Origin: the human T2T-CHM13v2.0 reference genome, Homo sapiens
NCBI RefSeq assembly: GCF_009914755.1
Contig: NC_060942.1
DNA: 64,000 bases
Strand: one strand, 5' to 3'
In this document: positions 41,001-52,948 of the stretch, piece after piece
How the letters are laid out: each line of letters starts with the position of its first letter
How positions within the stretch are numbered: position 1 is the stretch's first letter
Made by a program: the position numbers and the translations under genes
Notes under the pieces: model-generated
The model's input: only the letters and a program-made list of their open reading frames with translations
Databases searched by the model: none
What the model was told of the DNA's origin: nothing

Positions 41001-41577
41001 CAAGTGGATATTTGGCTAGCTTTGGGGATTTCGCTGGAAGCGGGAATACATATAAAAAGCACACAGCAGCGTTCTGAGAAACTGCTTTCTGATGTTTGCA
41101 TTCAAGTCAAAAGTTGAACACTCCCTTTCATAGAGCAGTCTTGAAACACCCGTTTTGTAGTATCTGGAACTGGACTTTTGGAGCGATTTCAGGGCTAAGG
41201 TGAAAAAGGAAATATCTTCCCATAAAAACTGGACAGAAGCATTCTCAGAAACTTGTTTATGCTGTAACTACTCAACTAACAAAGTTGAACCTTTCTTTTG
41301 ATAGAGCAGTTTTGAAATGGTCTTTTTGTGGAATCTGCAAGTGGATATTTGGCTAGTTTTGAGGATTTCGTTGGAAGCGGGAATTCATACAAATTGCAGA
41401 CTGCAGCGTTCTGAGAAACATCTTTGTGATGTTTGTATTCAGGACACAGAGTTGAACATTCCCTATCATAGAGCAGGTTGGAATCACTCCTTTTGTAGTA
41501 TCTGGAAGTGGACATTTGGAGCGCTTTCAGGCCTATTTTGGAAAGGGAAATATCTTCCCGTAACAACTATGCAGAAG

Positions 41578-42937
41578 CATTCTCAGAAACTTGTTTGTGA
41601 TGTGTGCCCTCTACTGACAGAGTTGAACCTTTCTTTTCATAGAGCAGTTTTGAAACACTCTTTTTGTAGAATCTGCAAGAGGATATTTGCATAGCTTTGA
41701 GGATTTCGTGGGAAACGGGATTGTCTTCAGGTAAAATCTAGACAGAAGCATTCTCAGAAACTTCTTTGGGATGTTTGCATTCAAGTCACAGAGTAGAACA
41801 TTCCCTTTGGTAGAGCAGGTTTGAAACACTCTTTTTGTAGTATCTGGAAGTGGACATTTGGAGCGCTTTCAGGCCCATGTTGGAAAGGGAAATATCTTCC
41901 CGTAACAACTAGGCAGAAGCATTCTCAGAAACTTATTTGAGATGTGTGTACTCAACTAAGAGAATTGAACCACCGTTTTGAAGGAGCAGTTTTGAAACAC
42001 TCTTTTTCTGGAATCTGCAAGAGTATATTTGCCTAGCCTTGAGGATTTCGTTGGAAACGGGATTGTCTTCAGAGAAAATCTAGACAGAAGCATTCTCAGA
42101 AACTTCTTTGGGATGTTTGCATTCAAGTCACAGAGTAGAACATTCCCTTTGGTAGAGCAGGTTTGAAACACTCTTTTTTTAGTATATGGAAGTGGACATT
42201 TGGAGCGCTTTCAGGCCTACGTTGGAAAAGGAAATATCTTCCCATAACAACTAGACAGAAGCATTCTCAGAAACTAGTTTCTGATGTGTGTCCTCAACTA
42301 ACACAGTTGAACATTTCTTTAGACAGAACAGTTTTGAAACACTCTTTTTGTGGAATCTGCAAGTGGCTATTTGGCTAGATTTGAGGATTTCGTTGGAAAC
42401 GGGATTACATATAAAAAGCAGTCAGCAGCATTCTCAGAAAGTTCTTTGTGATGATTGCATTCAAGTCACAGAATTGAACATTCCCTTTCACAGAGCAGGT
42501 TTGAAACACTCTTTTTGTAGTGTGTGTAAGTGGACATTTGGAGCACTTACCGGCCTAAGGTGAAAAAGGAAATATCTTCCCATAAAAACTAGACAGAAGC
42601 ATTCTCAGAAACTTACTCGTGATGTGTGTCCTCAACTAAAGGAGTAGAACCTTTCTTTTCATAGAGAAGTTTTGAAACGCTCTTTTTGTGGAATCTGCAA
42701 GTGGATATTTGGCTAGTTTTGAGGATTTCGTTGGAAGCGGGAATTCATACAAATTGCAGACTGCAGCGTTCTGAGAAACATCTTTGTGATGTTTGTATTC
42801 AGGACACAGAGTTGAACATTCCCTATCATAGAGCAGGTTGGAATCACTCCTTTTGTAGTATCTGGAAGTGGACATTTGGAGCGCTTTCAGGCCTATGTTG
42901 AAAAAGGAAATATCTTCCCATAACAACTAGACACAAG
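41578..42937 (+). repeat. 8-mer HOR variant (1360 bp; four monomers, 675 bp, missing)
   Basis: Successive m6 starts at 41578 and 42938. After m12 comes one m1/m5-type monomer and then m6 directly; m2-m4 are absent. Confidence 0.93.
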
Positions 42938-45900
42938 CATTCTCAGAAACTTGTTTGTGATGTGTGCCCTCTACTGACAGAGTTGAAGCTTTCTTTTCAT
43001 AGAGCAGTTTTGAAACACTCTTTTTGTAGAATCTGCAAGAGGATATTTGCATAGCTTTGAGGATTTCGTGGGAAACGGGATTGTCTTCAGGTAAAATCTA
43101 GACAGAAGCATTCTCAGAAACTTCTTTGGGATGTTTGCATTCAAGTCACAGAGTAGAACATTCCCTTTGGTAGAGCAGGTTTGAAACACTCTTTTTGTAG
43201 TATCTGGAAGTGGACATTTGGAGCGCTTTCAGGCCTATGTTGGAAAGGGAAATATCTTCCCGTAACAACTAGGCAGAAGCATTCTCAGAAACTTATTTGA
43301 GATGTGTGTACTCAACTAAGAGAATTGAACCACCGTTTTGAAGGAGCAGTTTTGAAACACTCTTTTTCTGGAATCTGCAAGAGGATATTTGCCTAGCCTT
43401 GAGGATTTCGTTGGAAAAGGGATTGTCTTCAGATCAAATCTAGACAGAAGCATTCTCAGAAACTTCTTTGGGATGTTTGCATTCAAGTCACAGAGTAGAA
43501 CATTCCCTTTGGTAGAGCAGGTTTGAAACACTCTTTTTTTAGTATATGGAAGTGGACATTTGGAGCGCTTTCAGGCCTACGTTGGAAAAGGAAATATCTT
43601 CCCATAACAACTAGACAGAAGCATTCTCAGAAACTAGTTTCTGATGTGTGTCCTCAACTAACACAGTTGAACATTTCTTTAGACAGAACAGTTTTGAAAC
43701 TCTCTTTTTGTGGAATCTGCAAGTGGCTATTTGGCTAGATTTGAGGATTTCGTTGGAAACGGGATTACATATAAAAAGCAGACAGCAGCATTCTCAGAAA
43801 GTTCTTTGTGATGATTGCATTCAAGTCACAGAATTGAACATTCCCTTTCACAGAGCAGGTTTGAAACACTCTTTTTGTAGTGTGTGTAAGTGGACATTTG
43901 GAGCACTTTCCGGCCTAAGGTGAAAAAGGGAATATCTTCCCATAAAAACTAGACAGAAGCATTCTCAGAAACTTACTCGTGATGTGTGTCCTCAACTAAA
44001 GGAGTAGAACCTTTGTTTTCATAGAGAAGTTTTGAAACGCTCTTTTTGTGGAATCTGCAAGTGGATATTTGGCTAGTTTGGAGGATTTCGTTGGAAGCGG
44101 GAATTCATACAAATTGCAGACTGCAGCGTTCTGAGAAACATCTTTGTGATGTTTGTATTCAGGACACAGAGTTGAACATTCCCTATCATAGAGCAGGTTT
44201 GAATCACTCCTTTTGTAGTATCTGGAAGTGGACATTTGGAGCGCTTTCAGGCCTATGTTGGAAAAGGAAATATCTTCCCATAACAACTAGACAGAAGCAT
44301 TCTCAGAAACTTATTTGAGATGTGTGTACTCAACTAAGAGAATTGAACCACCGTTTTGAAGGAGCAGTTTTGAAACACTCTTTTTCTGGAATCTGCAAGT
44401 GGATATTTGGCTAGCTTTGGGGACTTCGCTGGAGGCGGGAATACATATAAAAAGCACACAGCAGCGTTCTGAGAAACTGCTTTCTGATGTTTGCATTCAA
44501 GTCAAAAGTTGAACACTCCCTTTCATAGAGCAGTCCTGAAACACTCCTTTTGTAGTATCTGGAACTGGACTTTTGGAGCGCTTTCAGGGCTAAGGTGAAA
44601 AAGGAAATATCTTCCCATAAAAACTGGACAGAAGCATTCTCAGAAACTTGTTTATGCTGTATCTACTCAACTAACAAATTTGAACCTTTCTTTTGATAGA
44701 GCAGTTTTGAAATGCTCTTTTTGTGGAATCTGCAAGTGGATATTTGGCTAGTTTTGAGGATTTCGTTGGAAGCGGGAATTCATACAAATTGCAGACTGCA
44801 GCGTTCTGAGAAACATCTTTGTGGTGTTTGTATTCAGGACAGAGAGTTGAACATTCCCTATCATAGAGCAGGTTGGAATCACTCCTTTTGTAGTATCTGG
44901 AAGTGGACATTTGGAGCGCTTTCTGGCCTATGTTGAAAAAGGAAATATCTTCCCATAACAACTAGACACAAGCATTCTCAGAAACTTGTTTGTGATGTGT
45001 GCCCTCTACTGACAGAGTTGAACCTCTCTTTTCATAGAGCAGTTTTGAAACACTCTTTTTGTAGAATCTGCAAGAGGATATTTGCATAGCTTTGAGGATT
45101 TCGTGGGAAACTGGATTGTCTTCAGGTAAAATCTAGACAGAAGCATTCTCAGAAACTTCTTTGGGATGTTTGCATTCAAGTCACAGAGTAGAACATTCCC
45201 TTTGGTAGAGCAGGTTTGAAACACTCTTTTTGTAGTATCTGGAAGTGGACATTTGGAGCGCTTTCAGGCCTATGTTGGAAAGGGAAATATCTTCCCGTAA
45301 CAACTAGGCAGAAGCATTCTCAGAAACTTATTTGAGATGTGTGTACTCAACTAAGAGAATTGAACCACCGTTTTGAAGGAGCAGTTTTGAAACACTCTTT
45401 TTCTGGAATCTGCAAGAGGATATTTGCCTAGCCTTGAGGATTTCGTTGGAAACGGGATTGTCTTCAGATCAAATCTAGACAGAAGCATTCTCAGAAACTT
45501 CTTTGGGATGTTTGCATTCAAGTCACAGAGTAGAACATTCCCTTTGGTAGAGCAGGTTTGAAACACTCTTTTTTTAGTATATGGAAGTGGACATTTGGAG
45601 CGCTTTCAGGCCTACGTTGGAAAAGGAAATATCTTCCCATAACAACTAGACAGAAGCATTCTCAGAAACTAGTTTCTGATGTGTGTCCTCAACTAACACA
45701 GTTGAACATTTCTTTAGACAGAACAGTTTTGAAACTCTCTTTTTGTGGAATCTGCAAGTGGATATTTGGCTAGATTTGAGGATTTCGTTGGAAACGGGAT
45801 TACATATAAAAAGCAGACAGCAGCATTCTCAGAAAGTTCTTTGTGATGATTGCATTCAAGTCACAGAATTGAACATTCCCTTTCACAGAGCAGGTTTGAA

Positions 45901-47007
45901 ACACTCTTTTTATAGTGTGTGTAAGTGGACATTTGGAGCACTTTCCGGCCTAAGGTAAAAAAGGAAATATCTTCCCATAAAAACTAGACAGAAGCATTCT
46001 CAGAAACTTACTCGTGATGTGTGTCCTCAACTAAAGGAGTAGAACCTTTGTTTTCATAGAGAAGTTTTGAAACGCTCTTTTTGTGGAATCTGCAAGTGGA
46101 TATTTGGCTAGTTTTGAGGATTTCGTTGGAAGCGGGAATTCATACAAATTGCAGACTGCAGCGTTCTGAGAAACATCTTTGTGATGTTTGTATTCAGGAC
46201 ACAGAGTTGAACATTCCCTATCATAGAGCAGGTTTGAATCACTCCTTTTGTAGTATCTGGAAGTGGACATTTGGAGCGCTTTCAGGCCTATGTTGGAAAA
46301 GGAAATATCTTCCCATAACAACTAGACAGAAGCATTCTCAGAAACTTATTTGAGATGTGTGTACTCAACTAAGAGAATTGAACCACCGTTTTGAAGGAGC
46401 AGTTTTGAAACACTCTTTTTCTGGAATCTGCAAGTGGATATTTGGCTAGCTTTGGGGATTTCGCTGGAAGCGGGAATACATATAAAAAGCACACAGCAGC
46501 GTTCTGAGAAACTGCTTTCTGATGTTTGCATTCAAGTCAAAAGTTGAACACTCCCTTTCATAGAGCAGTCCTGAAACACTCCTTTTGTAGTATCTGGAAC
46601 TGGACTTTTGGAGCGCTTTCAGGGCTAAGGTGAAAAAGGAAATATCTTCCCATAAAAACTGGACAGAAGCATTCTCAGAAACTTGTTTATGCTGTATCTA
46701 CTCAACTAACAAAGTTGAACCTTTCTTTTGATAGAGCAGTTTTGAAATGCTCTTTTTGTGGAATCTGCAAGTGGATATTTGGCTAGTTTTGAGGATTTCA
46801 TTGGAAGCGGGAATTCATACAAATTGCAGACTGCAGCGTTCTGAGAAACATCTTTGTGATGTTTGTATTCAGGACAGAGAGTTGAACATTCCCTATCATA
46901 GAGCAGGTTGGAATCACTCCTTTTGTAGTATCTGGAAGTGGACATTTGGAGCGCTTTCAGGCCTATGTTGAAAAAGGAAATATCTTCCCATAACAACTAG
47001 ACACAAG

Positions 47008-48199
47008 CATTCTCAGAAACTTGTTTGTGATGTGTGCCCTCTACTGACAGAGTTGAACCTTTCTTTTCATAGAGCAGTTTTGAAACACTCTTTTTGTAGA
47101 ATCTGCAAGAGGATATTTGCATAGCTTTGAGGATTACGTGGGAAACGGGATTGTCTTCAGGTAAAATCTAGACAGAAGCATTCTCAGAAACTTCTTTGGG
47201 ATGTTTGCATTCAAGTCACAGAGTAGAACATTCCCTTTGGTAGAGTAGGTTTGAAACACACTTTTTGTAGTATCTGGAAGTGGACATTTGGAGCGCTTTC
47301 AGGCCTATGTTGGAAAGGGAAATATCTTCCCGTAACAACTAGGCAGAAGCATTCTCAGAAACTTATTTGAGATGTGTGTACTCAACTAAGAGAATTGAAC
47401 CACCGTTTTGAAGGAGCAGTTTTGAAACACTCTTTTTCTGGAATCTGCAAGAGGATATTTGCCTAGCCTTGAGGATTTCGTTGGAAACGGGATTGTCTTC
47501 AGATCAAATCTAGACAGAAGCATTCTCAGAAACTTCTTTGGGATGTTTGCATTCAAGTCACAGAGTAGAACATTCCCTTTGGTAGAGCAGGTTTGAAACA
47601 CTCTTTTTTTAGTATATGGAAGTGGACATTTGGAGCGCATTCAGGCCTACGTTGGAAAAGGAAATATCTTCCCATAACAACTAGACAGAAGCATTCTCAG
47701 AAACTAGTTTCTGATGTGTGTCCTCAACTAACACAGTTGCACATTTCTTTAGACAGAACAGTTTTGAAACACTCTTTTTGTGGAATCTGCAAGTGGCTAT
47801 TTGGCTAGATTTGAGGATTTCGTTGGAAACGGGATTACATATAAAAAGCAGTCAGCAGCATTCTCAGAAAGTTCTTTGTGATGATTGCATTCAAGTCACA
47901 GAATTGAACATTCCCTTTCACAGAGCAGGTTTGAAATACTCTTTTTTAGTGTGTGTAATTGGACATTTGGAGCACTTTCTGGCCTAAGGTGGAAAAGGAA
48001 ATATCTTCCCATAAAAACTAGACAGAAGCATTCTCAGAAACTTACTCGTGATGTGTGTCCTCCACTAAATGAGTAGAACCTTTCTTTTCATAGAGAAGTT
48101 TTGAAACGCTCTTTTTGTAGAATCTGCAAGAGGATATTTGCATAGCTTTGAGGATTTCGTGGGAAACGGGATTGTCTTCAGGTAAAATCTAGACAGAAG
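47008..48199 (+). repeat. 7-mer HOR variant (1192 bp) ending in a chimeric m12/m6 monomer
   Basis: m6 starts at 47008 and 48200. Monomer 48029-48199 begins as m12 (CTTACTCGTGATG...GAAACGCTC) and ends as m6 (GTAGAATCTGCAAGAGGATATTTGCATAG...CAGGTAAAATC). Confidence 0.9.
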
Positions 48200-49553
48200 C
48201 ATTCTCAGAAACTTGTTTGTGATGTGTGCCCTCTACTGACAGAGTTGAACCTTTCTTTTCATAGAGCAGTTTTGAAACACTCTTTTTGTAGAATCTGCAA
48301 GAGGATATTTGCATAGCTTTGAGGATTTCGTGGGAAACGGGATTGTCTTCAGGTAAAATCTAGACAGAAGCATTCTCAGAAACTTCTTTGGGATGTTTGC
48401 ATTCAAGTCACAGAGTAGAACATTCCCTTTGGTAGAGCAGGTTTGAAACACTCTTTTTGTAGTATCTGGAAGTGGACATTTGGAGCGCTTTCAGGCCCAT
48501 GTTGGAAAGGGAAATATCTTCCCGTAACAACTAGGCAGAAGCATTCTCAGAAACTTATTTGAGATGTGTGTACTCAACTAAGAGAATTGAACCACCGTTT
48601 TGAAGGAGCAGTTTTGAAACACTCTTTTTCTGGAATCTGCAAGAGGATATTTGCCTAGCTTTGAGGATTTCATTGGAAACGGGATTGTGTTCAGATCAAA
48701 TCTAGACAGAACATTCTCAGAAACTTCTTTGGGATGTTTGCATTCAAGTCACAGAGTAGAACATTCCCTTTGGTAGAGCAGGTGTGAAACACTCTTTTTT
48801 TAGTATATGGAAGTGGACATTTGGAGCGCTTTCAGGCCTACGTTGGAAAAGGAAATATCTTCCCATAACAACTAGACAGAAGCATTCTCAGAAACTAGTT
48901 CCTGATGTGTGTCCTCAACTAACACAGTTGAACATTTCCTTAGACAGAAGAGTTTTGAAACACTCTTTTTGTGGAATCTACAAGTGGATATTTGGCTAGA
49001 TTTGAGGATTTCGTTGGAAACGGGATTACATATAAAAAGCAGACAGCAGCATTCTCAGAAAGTTCTTTGTGATGATTGCATTCAAATCACAGAATTGAAC
49101 ATTCCCTTTCACAGAGGAGGTTTGAAACACTCTTTTTGTAGTGTGTGTAAGTGGACATTTGGAGCGCTTTCCGGCCTAAGGTGAAAAAGGAAATATCTTC
49201 CCATAAAAACTAGACAGAAGCATTCTCAGAAACTTACTCGTGATGTGTGTCCTCAACTAAAGGAGTAGAACCTTTCTATTCATAGAGAAGTTTTGAAACG
49301 CTCTTTTTGTGGAATCTGCAAGTGGATATTTGGCTAGTTTTGAGGATTTCGTTGGAAGCGGGAATTCATACAAATTGCAGACTGCAGCGTTCTGAGAAAC
49401 ATCTTTGTGATGTTTGTATTCAGGACACAGAGATGAACATTCCCTATCATAGAGCAGGTTGGAATCACTCCTTTTGTAGTATCTGGGACATTTGGAGCGC
49501 TTTCAGGCCTATGTTGAAAAAGGAAATATCTTCCCATAACAACTAGACACAAG
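48200..49553 (+). repeat. 8-mer HOR variant (1354 bp; includes 1-bp and 5-bp deletions)
   Basis: m6 starts at 48200 and 49554. AGAACATTC near 48711 lacks a G; ATCTGGGACA near 49486 lacks 5 bp of ATCTGGAAGTGGACA. Confidence 0.9.
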
Positions 49554-51588
49554 CATTCTCAGAAACTTGTTTGTGATGTGTGCCCTCTACTGACAGAGTT
49601 GAACCTTTCTTTTCATAGAGCAGTTTTGAAACACTCTTTTTGTAGAATCTGCAAGAGGATATTTGCATAGCTTTGAGGATTTCGTGGGAAACGGGATTGT
49701 CTTCAGGTAAAATCTAGACAGAAGCATTCTCAGAAACTTCTTTGGGATGTTTGCATTCAAGTCACAGAGTAGAACATTCCCTTTGGTAGAGCAGGTTTGA
49801 AACACTCTTTTTGTAGTATCTGGAAGTGGACATTTGGAGCGCTTTCAGGCCCATGTTGGAAAGGGAAATATCTTCCCGTAACAACTAGGCAGAAGCATTC
49901 TCAGAAACTTATTTGAGATGTGTGTACTCAACTAAGAGAATTGAACCACCGTTTTGAAGGAGCAGTTTTGAAACACTCTTTTTCTGGAATCTGCAAGAGT
50001 ATATTTGCCTAGCCTTGAGGATTTCGTTGGAAACGGGATTGTCTTCAGATAAAATCTAGACAGAAGCATTCTCAGAAACTTCTTTGGGATGTTTGCATTC
50101 AAGTCACAGAGTAGAACATTCCCTTTGGTAGAGCAGGTTTGAAACACTCTTTTTTTAGTATATGGAAGTGGACATTTGGAGCGCTTTCAGGCCTACGTTG
50201 GAAAAGGAAATATCTTCCCATAACAACTAGACAGAAGCATTCTCAGAAACTAGTTTCTGATGTGTGTCCTCAACTAACACAGTTGTACATTTCTTTAGAC
50301 AGAACAGTTTTGAAACACTCTTTTTGTGGAATCTGCAAGTGGCTATTTGGCTAGATTTGAGGATTTCGTTGGAAACGGGATTACATATAAAAAGCAGTCA
50401 GCAGCATTCTCAGAAAGTTCTTTGTGATGATTGCATTCAAGTCACAGAATTGAACATTCCCTTTCACAGAGCAGGTTTGAAACACTCTTTTTGTAGTGTG
50501 TGTAAGTGGACATTTGGAGCACTTACCGGCCTAAGGTGAAAAAGGAAATATCTTCCCATAAAAACTAGACAGAAGCATTCTCAGAAACTTACTCGTGATG
50601 TGTGTCCTCAACTAAAGGAGTAGAACCTTTCTTTTCATAGAGAAGTTTTGAAACGCTCTTTTTGTGGAATCTGCAAGTGGATATTTGGCTAGTTTTGAGG
50701 ATTTCGTTGGAAGCGGGAATTCATACAAATTGCAGACTGCAGCGTTCTGAGAAACATCTTTGTGATGTTTGTATTCAGGACACAGAGTTGAACATTCCCT
50801 ATCATAGAGCAGGTTGGAATCACTCCTTTTGTAGTATCTGGAAGTGGACATTTGGAGCGCTTTCAGGCCTATGTTGGAAAAGGAAATATCTTCCCATAAC
50901 AACTAGACAGAAGCATTCTCAGAAACTTATTTGAGATGTGTGTACTCAACTAAGAGAATTGAACCACCGTTTTGAAGGAGCAGTTTTGAAACACTCTTTT
51001 TCTGGAATCTGCAAGTGGATATTTGGCTAGCTTTGGGGATTTCGCTGGAAGCGGGAATACATATAAAAAGCACACAGCAGCGTTCTGAGAAACTGCTTTC
51101 TGATGTTTGCATTCAAGTCAAAAGTTGAACACTCCCTTTCATAGAGCAGTCCTGAAACACTCCTTTTGTAGTATCTGGAACTGGACTTTTGGAGCGCTTT
51201 CAGGGCTAAGCTGAAAAAGGAAATATCTTCCCATAAAAACTGGACAGAAGCATTCTCAGAAACTTGTTTATGCTGTATCTACTCTACTAAAAAAGTTGAA
51301 CCTTTCTTTTGATAGAGCAGTTTTGAAATGCTCTTTTTGTGGAATCTGCAAGTGGATATTTGGCTAGATTTGAGGATTTCGTTGGAAGCTGGAATACATA
51401 CAAATTGCAGACTGCAGCGTTCTGAGAAACATCTTTGTGATGTTTGTATTCAGGACACAGAGTTGAACATTCCCTATCATAGAGCAGGTTGGAATCACTC
51501 CTTTTGTAGTATCTGGAAGTGGACATTTGGAGCGCTTTCAGGCCTATGTTGAAAAAGGAAATATCTTCCCATAACAACTAGACACAAG

Positions 51589-52948
51589 CATTCTCAGAAA
51601 CTTGTTTGTGATGTGTGCCCTCTACTGACAGAGTTGAACCTTTCTTTTCATAGAGCAGTTTTGAAACACTCTTTTTGTAGAATCTGCAAGAGGATATTTG
51701 CATAGCTTTGAGGATTTCGTGGGAAACGGGATTGTCTTCAGGTAAAATCTAGACAGAAGCATTCTCAGAAACTTCTTTTGGATGTTTGCATTCAAGTCAC
51801 AGAGTAGAACATTCCCTTTGGTAGAGCAGGTTTGAAACACTCTTTTTGTAGTATCTGGAAGTGGACATTTGGAGCGCTTTCAGGCCTATGTTGGAAAGGG
51901 AAATATCTTCCCGTAACAACTAGGCAGAAGCATTCTCAGAAACTTATTTGAGATGTGTGTACTCAACTAAGAGAATTGAACCACCGTTTTGAAGGAGCAG
52001 TTTTGAAACACTCTTTTTCTGGAATCTGCAAGAGGATATTTGCCTAGCCTTGAGGATTTCGTTGGAAACGGGATTGTCTTCAGATCAAATCTAGACAGAA
52101 GCATTCTCAGAAACTTCTTTGGGATGTTTGCATTCAAGTCACAGAGTAGAACATTCCCTTTGGTAGAGCAGGTTTGAAACACTCTTTTTTTAGTATATGG
52201 AAGTGGACATTTGGAGCGCTTTCAGGCCTACGTTGGAAAAGGAAATATCTTCCCATAACAACTAGACAGAAGCATTCTCAGAAACTAGTTTCTGATGTGT
52301 GTCCTCAACTAACACAGTTGAACATTTCTTTAGACAGAACAGTTTTGAAACACTCTTTTTGTGGTATCTGCAAGTGGCTATTTGGCTAGATTTGAGGATT
52401 TCGTTGGAAACGGGATTACATATAAAAAGCAGACAGCAGCATTCTCAGAAACTTCTTTGTGATGATTGCATTCAAGTCACAGTATTGAACATTCCCTTTC
52501 ACAGAGCAGGTTTGAAACACTCTTTGTATAGTGTGTGTAAGTGGACATTTGGAGCACTTTCCGGCCTAAGGTGAAAAAGGAAATATCTTCCCATAAAAAC
52601 TAGACAGAACCATTCTCAGAAACTTACTCGTGATGTGTGTCCTCAACTAAAGAAGTAGAACCTTTCTTTTCATAGAGAAGTTTTGAAACGCTCTTTTTGT
52701 GGAATCTGCAAGTGGATATTTGGCTAGTTTTGAGGATTTCGTTGGAAGCGGGAATTCATACAAATTGCAGACTGCAGCGTTCTGAGAAACATCTTTGTGA
52801 TGTTTGTATTCAGGACACAGAGTGGAACATTCCCTATCATAGAGCAGGTTGGAATCACTCCTTTTGTAGTATCTGGAAGTGGACATTTGGAGCGCTTTCA
52901 GGCCTATGTTGAAAAAGGAAATATCTTCCCATAACAACTAGACACAAG
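51589..52948 (+). repeat. 8-mer HOR variant (1360 bp)
   Basis: m6 starts at 51589 and 52949; m2-m4 absent. Confidence 0.92.

Larger units (their letters stand above)
1..42680 (+). repeat. HOR haplotype block A: about 21 near-identical canonical 12-mers
   Basis: Exact 2035 bp period except for one 2-bp deletion near 3080. Diagnostic alleles: m2 AAACTCTC, m3 CAGTCTTGAAACACCCC and GAGCGATTTC, m4 AAATGGTC, m5 CCTATTTTGGAAAGGG...CCCGTAACAACTATGCAG, m7 GGCCCATG, m8 AAGAGTATAT and AGAGAAAATC, m10 AGCAGTCAGC, m11 CACTTACCGG. Confidence 0.92.

Noticed and set aside
44424-44440. Altered m2 box CTTCGCTGGAGGCGGGA, and ATTCGTGGGAAACGGGA near 57144
   Set aside because: The changes affect only non-essential positions, so these were not counted as broken CENP-B boxes.
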